DNA of 64,000 bases from assembly GCA_016194905.1 (NCBI GenBank), contig JACQAP010000005.1, forward strand, positions 205,114 through 269,113, in the 5' to 3' direction. Position 1 is the stretch's first letter; each line of letters opens with the position of its first letter. Position numbers and translations under genes: made by a program. Below, piece after piece: positions 18,493-27,193 of the stretch. A model generated the notes under the pieces. It was given only the letters and a program-made list of their open reading frames with translations. It was not told the origin of the DNA and searched no databases. The stretch comes from Betaproteobacteria bacterium. GTDB taxonomy: Bacteria; Pseudomonadota; Gammaproteobacteria; Burkholderiales; JACQAP01.

Positions 18493-19893
18493 TCAACCGT
18501 TCCCGCGCAACAGCGAACTCAACCGCCCGGCGTCTTCGCTGCGGTCCAGTGCCTCGATGCAATCTTCTATTTCCTGCGCGCGCGTCTTGCCAACCGCGCC
18601 TTCGACGGCCAGGCGGAAGCGCTCCCGCACTTCGGATGGCGTGGCATTGACGACGTCTTCCAGCCGCAGCCGCTGCGTCGCGCCACCGGTCTCGCGAACT
18701 TCCACTTCGCCGCCCTGCTTGCCCGGATAGGCCCGTGTCATCTCGTCGTCGACTTCGAGCGTCATCAGGCCGATCAGCTTGTGCAGCCGCGCGTCGTTCA
18801 GTAGGTTGAAGTTCTTCTCCGATACCCCGCCTTCGATCAGCGCGGCCGCGACGTTGTACTGGATGCTCATCTTGGCCTGCAGGATGTGCGCGAACGGCCC
18901 CGTGTAATCGCAGCCCGGATACAGCGCGCCGGCGCGCGGCACCCGCACGGTGATCGACGCGATGCGATCGATCGCCGATTTGCCGGCACGCGCAATCCTG
19001 AGTGCCGCCTGGCTTGCGGTCTGCGCGAAATTGCAGGCGGGTACCGGCTTGTGATAGACGGACAGGATTTCCGGCGCGCCCTGGAACAACTCCACCTTCG
19101 ATGCCGCCGAACGCTTCTTCAATGCGGCGAACAGCCCTGCCTCGCCATCCAGCGCGGACGGCGACGCGAAGGCGCCGTTTTCGGCGAGACGAACCGCGGT
19201 CACCGCATTGCGCGCAGCAAAGCCGGCATGAAAGAACATCTCGCTGCCGCCGGTGTGCGCCCATTGATTGAATCCGACGGTGGTATTGGCGCCGAGCGCG
19301 ATCGCGCTGGTCGCCTGCTCGATGCTCAGTCCGAGCAGGCGCGAACCCGCCGCCGCGGCCGCGACCGGACCGGTGATGCCGGTCGGGCGGTGGATCTTCG
19401 CCACGTCCGCATCCATCACGGCACGTCCGACCTGCCCGCCCACTTCATAGCCGGCTACCGCGGCGGCGATGAAATCGCGCCCGCTGACGCGGCGAACCTG
19501 CGCCAGCGCCAGCAAGGCAGGCAGCACGACGATACCCAGATGGCTGATGCTGCCGGCGTGCATGTCTTCGCGTACCAGGCCGTGTCCCATCACGGCGTTC
19601 GCGAACGCAGCATCACCGCAGGTCACGGAGCCGGACGAACCGATGATGGTCGCGCCGCCGGCTTTGCCGTCCACGTGCTCGGCGAGTTGCGCCGCCTGCC
19701 GGCTCCAGGGCAGATCGCGCGACTCGAAAGCGCAGCCGATCAGATCGACCAGGCACAACTTCACCTTGTCCGTCACTTCGGCCGGCAGATTTTCCGCCGA
19801 CACGGCAATAACGGATCGCGCGATGCGCGCGGCGAGCGGCTCGTGGGCTTCGAGGATGACGGGGTTATTCATCGATCGGGTGGCAGGCGGCAT
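18493..19893 (-). CDS. MmgE/PrpD family protein
   Basis: Start at 19893 (GGGAG upstream). Sequence resembles 2-methylcitrate dehydratase-like proteins (KLCLVDLIGCAFES, GITGPVAAAAAGSRLLGL). Confidence 0.8.
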   Translation of the reverse strand: MPPATRSMNNPVILEAHEPLAARIARSVIAVSAENLPAEVTDKVKLCLVDLIGCAFESRDLPWSRQAAQLAEHVDGKAGGATIIGSSGSVTCGDAAFANAVMGHGLVREDMHAGSISHLGIVVLPALLALAQVRRVSGRDFIAAAVAGYEVGGQVGRAVMDADVAKIHRPTGITGPVAAAAAGSRLLGLSIEQATSAIALGANTTVGFNQWAHTGGSEMFFHAGFAARNAVTAVRLAENGAFASPSALDGEAGLFAALKKRSAASKVELFQGAPEILSVYHKPVPACNFAQTASQAALRIARAGKSAIDRIASITVRVPRAGALYPGCDYTGPFAHILQAKMSIQYNVAAALIEGGVSEKNFNLLNDARLHKLIGLMTLEVDDEMTRAYPGKQGGEVEVRETGGATQRLRLEDVVNATPSEVRERFRLAVEGAVGKTRAQEIEDCIEALDRSEDAGRLSSLLRGNG

Positions 19894-19951
19894 GGCAGTC
19901 TCCCTCGGCAGGGTGGAATCGACGTTTGAATGATGAAGCGCAATGCACTCG

Positions 19952-20845
19952 CTAGCCGCGCACTTCGACACCGGCCCACGACTCGACGACTTTGCACATC
20001 GAGGTGAAATCCGAGTCGGCGCCGTACATCGCGTTGGTGACCGCGAGCATCTCGCGCACGGCGGCGCCGCAGACCATCGGCACGCCGAGCGCCTCCGCTT
20101 CGTCGATGCACAGGCGCACATCCTTGTACGACAGGCCGGTGGCAAAACCGAAATCGAAGGTCCCCGGCAGCACCGACTTGGGGAATTTGTCCTGCGAGGC
20201 GCTGTTGCGTCCCGATCCGGCGTTGAGTACGTCGAGCATCACCTTCGGATTGAGTCCCGCCTTGACGCCCATCACCATCGCCTCGGAAGTCAGCGCGATG
20301 GCGGCGGCGGCCAGCAGATTGTTGGCGAGCTTCATGGTCTGCGCCTGGCCGGCGCTTTCGCCGAGATGGAAGGGCTTGCCGAAAGTCTTGAGGATGGGCT
20401 CCAGCTCCACGTAAACATTTTTCGGGCAGGACACCATGACCGCCAGCGTGCCCTCTCGCGCTCCCTTCAGGCCGCCGCTCACCGGGGCGTCAACGTAGAC
20501 GATCTTGCGTTCCGCGAGACCTTTGGCGACCAGGCTCGCCGTTCGCGGTCCGATGGTCGAGAAGTCCACCACGCGCTTCACCCGGGTGCCTTCGATGACG
20601 CCGCCGGTTTGCAACGCCGCCCGCTGCACGATCTCCGGATTCGGAAGACTGAGAAACACCGTGTCGGCCTTGCCCGCGACTTCTGCTGCGGAGCCGGCGC
20701 GCCGTGCGCCCTGTTCTTCCAGCGCCGCGACCGCTTCCTCGGCTACGTCGTAGACGACGACCTTGTGTCCGTTGTTCAGCAGCCGCGCGGACATCAGTCC
20801 GCCCATGCGACCGACACCGATGAAGCCGAAAGTCTGTTGTTCCAT
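19952..20845 (-). CDS. NAD(P)-dependent 3-hydroxyisobutyrate dehydrogenase-like oxidoreductase
   Basis: Rossmann motif FGFIGVGRMGGLMSARLL at the N-terminus. Start placed at MEQQTF inside ORF 19952..20986. Confidence 0.85.
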   Translation of the reverse strand: MEQQTFGFIGVGRMGGLMSARLLNNGHKVVVYDVAEEAVAALEEQGARRAGSAAEVAGKADTVFLSLPNPEIVQRAALQTGGVIEGTRVKRVVDFSTIGPRTASLVAKGLAERKIVYVDAPVSGGLKGAREGTLAVMVSCPKNVYVELEPILKTFGKPFHLGESAGQAQTMKLANNLLAAAAIALTSEAMVMGVKAGLNPKVMLDVLNAGSGRNSASQDKFPKSVLPGTFDFGFATGLSYKDVRLCIDEAEALGVPMVCGAAVREMLAVTNAMYGADSDFTSMCKVVESWAGVEVRG

Positions 20846-21040
20846 GCCGCCCCCCGCTGATTTTATGCATGCCATGTTAACGGGACGCGCCGCGTTCAGC
20901 ATCCCCGCTGCAGACATAACTGACTGATCATTCCGCGCATAACACGGGCGCTGCGGCGCAGCATCGCAGAAACCGGTGCGGGGCAATGCTTATCACGGGA
21001 AACGGGGGAAACGGATGCCGGGCAGGCCGGCGGGCGCACG

Positions 21041-21631
21041 CTACTGCGCGGAAGACTGATTCATGCCTGGCATCTGCAGCGACGGCGGCACGATCGAGGC
21101 GCCGAAGGACGGCGCTGCGTTGCCCGCTGAGGTTGTCGCTTGCACCGGCGGTGCCGCCGGGAGGTACACGAACTTCCAGTCCGCATAAGTCGACGCCGTA
21201 TCGAAGTCGGGTCCCTGTGCTGCGGAACCTGAAGTTTTGATCGGCTTGCCGGTCGACAGGCTGTGAACACCCATGATGCCGCCGTCGGGTGCCGTAATCG
21301 TGCCCCAATCCGCGTCTGCATTCATCGGATCCCGATAGATGCGGCGTAAATAGCGGCGCGTGTCGGGATAGCGCGGATCTTTCAACAGGTCGCCCAGGCG
21401 TTTCGGAAACTCCTGCAGTCCTCCGGGCGAACGGTTGTAGTACAGCGCGATCGCTTCGCGAAAGGCGGCGCCGGCGAACAGCAGCTGCGCTTCTTTCTCA
21501 CGCTGGCGCGTGGTCTGCCAGGATATGGCTACCGCCGCCAGACCGACACTCAGCACCGCCACGAAGAAAAGCAGCGACAGATAGGTGAATCCTCGCGGCA
21601 ACCCGTTACCAGTCCCGGTATGCAGTCCCAT
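21041..21631 (-). CDS. Pseudopilin-like protein lacking Glu+5
   Basis: Prepilin-like N-terminus GLPRG/FTYLSLLFFVAVLSV, with Ser where Glu5 is usual. Last gene of the filament cluster; start uncertain. Confidence 0.5.
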   Translation of the reverse strand: MGLHTGTGNGLPRGFTYLSLLFFVAVLSVGLAAVAISWQTTRQREKEAQLLFAGAAFREAIALYYNRSPGGLQEFPKRLGDLLKDPRYPDTRRYLRRIYRDPMNADADWGTITAPDGGIMGVHSLSTGKPIKTSGSAAQGPDFDTASTYADWKFVYLPAAPPVQATTSAGNAAPSFGASIVPPSLQMPGMNQSSAQ

Positions 21632-22070
21632 CCTTGCCGTTTCCCGCAGCACCGCTCCTGACATCGAAGACGCCGCCCTTGTCCGTATCGCGCGGTGGCA
21701 CCACCAGCCAGGTCGTCGTGCTGCCGGTGACCGGATCAATGGGCGCCGAACGCAGGTAGTGCCGCGTGACCAGATCCTCGATCTTGTCCGGATACTTGCC
21801 GGTATCGGAAAAATACTGGTCCAGCGACTGCCGGACCTGGAACAGGTTTTCCCTGAGCACGGTTTCCTTCGAGCGGTCGAGGCTGCCGAAGTAGCGCGGC
21901 ACCGCAATGCTCAGGAGAAACGCGAGGATGGCGAGAACGACGAGCAATTCCACGAGCGTGAACGCTCGTGAGGGGCGAGTAAAAGCCCCAGAGCGTTTGA
22001 CGTTGCCTAGCCCCTCACCCCTAGCCCCTAGCCCCTGCCTTTCCTCACCATTCCCTATACGCAATCCCAT
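21606..22070 (-). CDS. Pseudopilin (prepilin-type N-terminal methylation domain)
   Basis: FTLVELLVVLAILAFLL prepilin helix. The only in-frame start gives a 36-aa leader partly encoded by a ggggcta heptamer repeat. Confidence 0.65.
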   Translation of the reverse strand: MGLRIGNGEERQGLGARGEGLGNVKRSGAFTRPSRAFTLVELLVVLAILAFLLSIAVPRYFGSLDRSKETVLRENLFQVRQSLDQYFSDTGKYPDKIEDLVTRHYLRSAPIDPVTGSTTTWLVVPPRDTDKGGVFDVRSGAAGNGKDGTAYRDW

Positions 22071-22527
22071 TCAATCCCCTACTATTCGACAGCGAATACA
22101 CGTCGTACACGTCCTTGCCCTCCTTGGGCGCATTGGGCGGGCTTGCGTAGCTGCGCTTGCCCCAGGTCTGCTCGGACGGCGCGGCGGGATCGGAGAAGAA
22201 CGGATCGCGCACCAGCCGGCGCAGGAAATAGAGCTTGCCACCGCTCGCGCTCTGCGCGTCATCGATGCCATCGACCAGCGCCCGCAAGGTTTTCGGATAG
22301 CCGGAATCCCCGGCCTCGCGCTTGATCCTGCCTTCGTCGAAGGCCCGCCGGTAGGCATCGAGCGCTCCCCGGATCTGGCGCAGCGCGATGCGCAGGTCCT
22401 CCTCCTTCTTGCGCTGCACCGATACTTCCGCGAGCGGCAGGCAGATGCTCGTCAGCACCGCGATGATCGCCAGCGAGACGACGATCTCCATGAATGTAAA
22501 ACCGCGCTGGCTTGCGCGAACTCGCAT
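22045..22527 (-). CDS. Pseudopilin (prepilin-type N-terminal methylation domain)
   Basis: Canonical leader MRVRASQRG/FTFMEIVVSLAIIAVL. Confidence 0.8.
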   Translation of the reverse strand: MRVRASQRGFTFMEIVVSLAIIAVLTSICLPLAEVSVQRKKEEDLRIALRQIRGALDAYRRAFDEGRIKREAGDSGYPKTLRALVDGIDDAQSASGGKLYFLRRLVRDPFFSDPAAPSEQTWGKRSYASPPNAPKEGKDVYDVYSLSNSRGLNGIAYREW

Positions 22528-22530
22528 GGA

Positions 22531-24795
22531 TCACTTCGCGATCGAGACCGCGAATGCTCCCGGAACCGCGACATTCGCCGATGTACCCGAGGGCGACAGG
22601 GCCGCGACCGACAGCACCCGCACTTCCGACCTGGGTCTCGACACCCGGGCGCGGAAAGTGATGGTTGCCAGTTCGCCCTGTCCCGTCGAGCCTTCCTTGT
22701 CGGAGCGCGAACTCCCGACGGAAATCCGTCCGCCCGGCGCATCGACTCGATTGGCAAAGTTGCTGCGGCCGTTGCCGAGCTTGAAGAAATCGCCCTCGGT
22801 AACGCTCACCACCTCGAGCGCGCTCGGATCGAAAGCCAGTTGCATCGGCACGCTTTTCAGCGCACTGCCGGACTTCATGACCAGAGTCAGATTGAACTGC
22901 TCGCCGACCCTGGTCTCACGGGGGCCGCTCCAGGTGAGCGAGACGCCCTCTCCGGCGGGCACCGCTGTTTCGGTAGCCGAGGTTGCCGCTGGAATCTCCG
23001 TCTTCACGTTCGTCACCTTGCGTGCCGATATCGCTGCCGAACTGACCGGATTCTTCGGCGTCGTCTCGCTGCCGGAAAGGAATGCCGATGCCGTTGCATG
23101 CGGCAGCGTCATGTTGCGCACCAGGTGCGGTGTGATCAGCAGCATGATTTCGGTCTTCTGGATGTCGTCCTTCTGGCTCCTGAACAAACGACCCACGACC
23201 GGAATGTCTCCCAGGCCCGGCACGCCGCTCGAGTTGCGCGTGTCCTGGTCGTTGATGAGGCCCGCGAGCACCTGGGTCTCGCCGTCGCGCATGCGCAATA
23301 CCGCCGAAGCATTGCGCGTGCCGATCTGGTAAGTCAGCACGCCCGCGCTCTGAACCTGGCTGGATATGCTGGATACCTCCAGCGCCAGCCGAATCTCGAC
23401 TTCGTCCTGGAGATGAATCGAGGGTTCGACCTCGAGCTTGAGACCCACGTCGAGATACTGCACGCTTTGCGAAGCGAATCCAGTCGCCGACGCGGTGGTC
23501 GTCACAACGGGCACCTTGCTGCCGATCAGGATATTGGCCTTCTGATGATTCAGCGACCGGATGCGCGGATTCGCCAGCAGGTTGGCCACCCCGGTTTCCT
23601 TCCTGAGATTGATGATCATGCTCGCCAGCTGCGCGCCGGTGGCGGCGGACGTAATCCCGGTAATGTCCCGCAGCGTCGTGATCTGGCCGTTCGAGGGCAA
23701 TGGCGAAAGCGTCAACTGATTCGGCCACTGGATGCCCATCTCCTGGAGCTTGCTGCGCTGGACTTCGAGTACCTCGACATCGAGCATGACCTCGGGGGCG
23801 ACGAGATCGTGCATCGCGATCAGCTTCTCCGCGATGGCGATGGCCTCCGGGGTGTCGCGCAACACGATCATGTTCATCTTGTCGTCGACGAACATTTCCG
23901 TGGGCTTGAGCACGGCTTTCAGCAGCTCCGCGGTCTGTTTCACGTCCGCGTAAGTGAGATAGAAACCCTTGACCGCAAGGTCCTGATACTGGCGCAGCTT
24001 CTCCGCAGTCACCGGATAGATCAGCACGGTGTTGCGATTGACGATCTTCTTCTCCAGTTGGTTGCTCATCAGCAGCAGGTCGAACGCGTCCTCGAACGCA
24101 ATTTCGCGGGCGACGATGGTGGCGCGCAAGTCCGGCCTGACGTCACGGTCGAACACCACGGTGACGCCGCTCTCGCGCGATAGCACGTCGAATACCTGAC
24201 GCAGGTCGGCATCGCGAAACTTCATGTTCAGCGGCGGCCCGTCGTACATCGAGCGCAGGGTCGGAATCGACGCCAGTTCCCGGGCGCGTTGCTCCTCGAT
24301 CTGGCGCTTCAACTCCCGCGCCTGCCGGTGGCCAGGATCCTCCCTCAGTACCGTCTGGATTCGCAGCCAGGCGCCTTCGATGTCACCCTCGTCCCACAAC
24401 TTGCGCGCCTGCGCAATGCTCTCGGCGTGGGCGCGGTCGCGGTCGATTTCGGCCAATCCGCTGCGCGCCCGCTCGTTGCCGGGGTCGATGCCCAGCGCAC
24501 GCCGGCAGAGCTGGGCGGCAGGTTCGATGCCGCCGGCGGTTCGCTCGTCCGCCGCCTCGGCGAGCAGGCGATTCAATGCCCGTTCGCGCGCGTTGATGAG
24601 GTCGGTCCGAAGCTTGTAGTTCCCCGGCTGGTCCTTTATCTCCTGTTCGAGTTGCGCGATGCCTTCCTCGTATTGGCCCTGTGCCATCAGCGCCAATCCG
24701 TCCTCGTGCCTGGCGCGTTGGGTCGCGCAGCTGCCGAGTGCCAGGACCAAAAACACCAATGCGCTCGATCCTGCGATGCGTGCAATGGGATTCAT
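22531..24795 (-). CDS. Secretin (GspD/MshL-like) with N-terminal TPR-like region and C-terminal cohesin-like domain
   Basis: Start MNPIARIAG with possible lipobox LALGSC, then a TPR-like helical region. Secretin core: NPRIRSLNHQKANILIG, GVPGLGDIPVVGRLF, TEIMLLITPHLV. C-terminal ~140 aa fit a cohesin pattern (GEQFNLTLVM...LAFDPSALEVVSV...GELATITFRA). Confidence 0.85.
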   Translation of the reverse strand: MNPIARIAGSSALVFLVLALGSCATQRARHEDGLALMAQGQYEEGIAQLEQEIKDQPGNYKLRTDLINARERALNRLLAEAADERTAGGIEPAAQLCRRALGIDPGNERARSGLAEIDRDRAHAESIAQARKLWDEGDIEGAWLRIQTVLREDPGHRQARELKRQIEEQRARELASIPTLRSMYDGPPLNMKFRDADLRQVFDVLSRESGVTVVFDRDVRPDLRATIVAREIAFEDAFDLLLMSNQLEKKIVNRNTVLIYPVTAEKLRQYQDLAVKGFYLTYADVKQTAELLKAVLKPTEMFVDDKMNMIVLRDTPEAIAIAEKLIAMHDLVAPEVMLDVEVLEVQRSKLQEMGIQWPNQLTLSPLPSNGQITTLRDITGITSAATGAQLASMIINLRKETGVANLLANPRIRSLNHQKANILIGSKVPVVTTTASATGFASQSVQYLDVGLKLEVEPSIHLQDEVEIRLALEVSSISSQVQSAGVLTYQIGTRNASAVLRMRDGETQVLAGLINDQDTRNSSGVPGLGDIPVVGRLFRSQKDDIQKTEIMLLITPHLVRNMTLPHATASAFLSGSETTPKNPVSSAAISARKVTNVKTEIPAATSATETAVPAGEGVSLTWSGPRETRVGEQFNLTLVMKSGSALKSVPMQLAFDPSALEVVSVTEGDFFKLGNGRSNFANRVDAPGGRISVGSSRSDKEGSTGQGELATITFRARVSRPRSEVRVLSVAALSPSGTSANVAVPGAFAVSIAK

Positions 24796-25289
24796 TTGGG
24801 CTCGGGGTTCAGGGTTTGCCGTTCGTTGAATGGCAGGTAGACGATCGTCAACGTTTCGCCTGTTACGGATTCCAGTCGATACTCGTTGTCGATCGGCTCG
24901 CCGGCTCTTACCGAGAATGCCTCCTCGCCGCGCGACAACAGCACGGTCGGACCTTCCCGGCCTTCTATCTGGCCGACGTACTGGAAGGGCATCGGCGGAG
25001 CGACCGGCTGCGGCGCGATCGTTTCCCGCACCACGGATGGCTTGTTCCGGGACTTCGGCGCGAAAACATCGACACCGTCCGCGGCGGGCGGCACGCGCAC
25101 GAGTTTCGCGACTTCGATGCGCGCCGGCGTCTCTGCGATGGCCACGGACGTCGCCTGGGTTTGTCCCACCGGCGCTGGCTTCGGCTCCTCGACCTGAATC
25201 GATCTGCCGTCGCCTATCACGGTCAACCCAATCGCGAGCAGCAGAGTGAAGCCCAAACCAATCCGTCGCTGAGTGACGGTCAGCATCAT
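24792..25289 (-). CDS. PilP/GspC-like small inner-membrane-anchored protein
   Basis: 165 aa with one N-terminal TM, a Pro-rich linker and a beta-rich C-terminus. ATGA overlaps on both sides; call rests on position in the cluster. Confidence 0.45.
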   Translation of the reverse strand: MMLTVTQRRIGLGFTLLLAIGLTVIGDGRSIQVEEPKPAPVGQTQATSVAIAETPARIEVAKLVRVPPAADGVDVFAPKSRNKPSVVRETIAPQPVAPPMPFQYVGQIEGREGPTVLLSRGEEAFSVRAGEPIDNEYRLESVTGETLTIVYLPFNERQTLNPEPK

Positions 25290-25828
25290 GTTCTCTGCCG
25301 CAGGTAGAGCGTGAACTGCATTTGCACGTCGACCCTGGCATCCGCGATTGCATGTCGTTGCAGGCTGATCTGGTCGAGCGACAGGTTCGGCATCTCCGTC
25401 AGCACCGCAGCCAGGAAATGCTTGAGCTGCGGATAGGTTGTGGTGGCGGGGACGGAAATGCGGTACTGGCCGAGTCGCGGACCGCGTTCGTCAATGGCGC
25501 GATAGTCGGCCTGCTGCAACGCCATTCCGTTCTTCTCGCCGATGCCGTGCAATTTCGCCAGCAGGCCGGTCAGCGCATCGTCGCCGGGGAAGGCTCGATA
25601 GAACGCATCGAGTTCGGCGGCAGGATCCGGCGCGCGCAGGGCATTCGCCGTGTCCCGGCGCGCCTTCGGCAAGGACATCTTCGCCTTGAACTCCGAGATC
25701 CGACTATCCAGCGGCGCAATGACGCCCGCGCAGAATGCGCAGGTCGCAATCAGCAGCCCGAGGCCGGCGACGCCCTGCCAGCCCAGCCGTTGCACGGCGA
25801 GCCGTGCCAGCCAGCGCAACCGGATCAC
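25286..25828 (-). CDS. GspM/PilO/MshJ-like assembly protein
   Basis: 180 aa, single TM after a basic N-terminus, GTGA overlap with the upstream gene. Assigned by topology and position. Confidence 0.5.
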   Translation of the reverse strand: MIRLRWLARLAVQRLGWQGVAGLGLLIATCAFCAGVIAPLDSRISEFKAKMSLPKARRDTANALRAPDPAAELDAFYRAFPGDDALTGLLAKLHGIGEKNGMALQQADYRAIDERGPRLGQYRISVPATTTYPQLKHFLAAVLTEMPNLSLDQISLQRHAIADARVDVQMQFTLYLRQRT

Positions 25829-26352
25829 GGCGTGATCCTCCAGTTGGCGGCGATGGCAAATGCCAGCGGATGCCGCGGATCTTCGCGCTTGACCTTGTGG
25901 CTCAGCAAGCGCACGTGCGCGAATGCCTCGCTCGCATCGAGGCGTTCCATGTATTCGAGCACGTCGGCGTAAGTTTGCGCCTCACCGTTCAACGTGATCA
26001 GGCGCTGCTGCGGTTGCGGTTGCACGCTCAGCAGCGCGACCCTGTCGATCGCCGAATCTTCGATACCCTTGAACAGTTCGTGCCATGGCAACGACAGCCT
26101 GCCGATGACCTCGTTGGCGTCTTCGACTTGCAGCAGCAGTCGGTTGCGATCCTCTGCGTTAGCGCGGACCGCGACGGCTGCCGCGCTCTGCCGTGCGGCC
26201 TTCACTGCGACTTGCTCCCACTGCCCCGCCCGGTCCGCCAATCCCGCGTAAAGGGTCGCCGCGGCACTGACCGCGAGCACGCCGATGCCGAGCAGGACCC
26301 ATCCCAACCGCGATTTGCGCGCGCAGTAGTCGAGATCGATCTTTCGTATCAT
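25825..26352 (-). CDS. PilN-like (fimbrial assembly) protein
   Basis: Start at MIRKIDLDY, one TM (LGWVLLGIGVLAVSAAATLYA), then a periplasmic domain. Assigned by topology and position. Confidence 0.5.
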   Translation of the reverse strand: MIRKIDLDYCARKSRLGWVLLGIGVLAVSAAATLYAGLADRAGQWEQVAVKAARQSAAAVAVRANAEDRNRLLLQVEDANEVIGRLSLPWHELFKGIEDSAIDRVALLSVQPQPQQRLITLNGEAQTYADVLEYMERLDASEAFAHVRLLSHKVKREDPRHPLAFAIAANWRITP

Positions 26353-26368
26353 CGTCTGCTCCGCGCGC

Positions 26369-27193
26369 TCATTGGACGGATTCGGGAATGCGCGTGCGCG
26401 TCGGCGACATCCACGCTTTCGTCCTGGTACGGAAGAACGAACTGGTGGTGGGGCCGACAGCCGCGACAAAGAGATATTCCGGCAACCCATCCGGGTCCAC
26501 CGATTTCAGTTCCTGCGCCAGCACCGGCACCAGTTCGTCCGGCTTGAGCGTGCCGATCCGGCGCGCGCTCAGGGTGCGCCAGCCGGCCTCGTCGAAGATG
26601 CCGAGCGCCACGCGCCCGGGTTCGAGCACCGCAATGCAACCGCTCCGGTAACCGCCCAATTCGCGGCGGAAGCGGTTGCAGGCCGCCATGAAGTTCGGCT
26701 GGATCGATACAATCCGGACGCTGTGCTCGACCAGCAGTTTCTCTACGGCCCTCAACATCTCCGCGTCCACAGCGCAAGCCAGCGCGTTGCGCCGGAAGCC
26801 GCCGCTGCTCATCCTGATCTCCCAGTCCGCCACCGCTTCGCCGTAAATGTTCTGGAAGCAGTGGCGGGCAAACTCAGCCTGCTCCGGTACGCTGACGACG
26901 TTGTCGCGCCAGGGAACGACGGTGTAGCGCACGAAACGGCTCGACACGATGACGGTGGCCGGAGTGCCCGGCGCCGCGAAACCGGCCAGGTTTTTTTCCA
27001 GCGCCGCGACGGTCACCCTCCATGCTGGACTGGAGCCTGCCGGATTGGAATTCGGCGGATCTGGACCTGGGTCGGCCGTTTCCACAACGCGCTTGTCGAT
27101 CAAGCGCGTGCGCCAGCCGCGCTCGATCTTCGCGGCGATGACCCGCGCGGGAAACAGCGCGATGAGCAGGTTCTCAGGCGACCAGCGTGACAC
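26369..27193 (-). CDS. PilM/GspL-like cytoplasmic assembly protein
   Basis: GTG start overlapping the gspE stop region, soluble, ~274 aa. Sits between the ATPase and PilN-like genes. No motif-level proof. Confidence 0.45.
   Translation of the reverse strand: MSRWSPENLLIALFPARVIAAKIERGWRTRLIDKRVVETADPGPDPPNSNPAGSSPAWRVTVAALEKNLAGFAAPGTPATVIVSSRFVRYTVVPWRDNVVSVPEQAEFARHCFQNIYGEAVADWEIRMSSGGFRRNALACAVDAEMLRAVEKLLVEHSVRIVSIQPNFMAACNRFRRELGGYRSGCIAVLEPGRVALGIFDEAGWRTLSARRIGTLKPDELVPVLAQELKSVDPDGLPEYLFVAAVGPTTSSFFRTRTKAWMSPTRTRIPESVQ

Noticed and set aside
21907-24183. 758-aa plus-strand ORF, and many other long ORFs (e.g. 8380..9249 part, 10308..11105, 12397..13416, 13767..15053, 16234..17592, 17525..18730, 27498..28877, 33623..34993, 39788..40927) rich in Arg/Ala/Gly/Pro.
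   Set aside because: They lie antisense to, or out of frame with, genes that have clear family motifs. Their composition (R/A/G/P-rich, no motifs) is typical of shadow ORFs in high-GC DNA.
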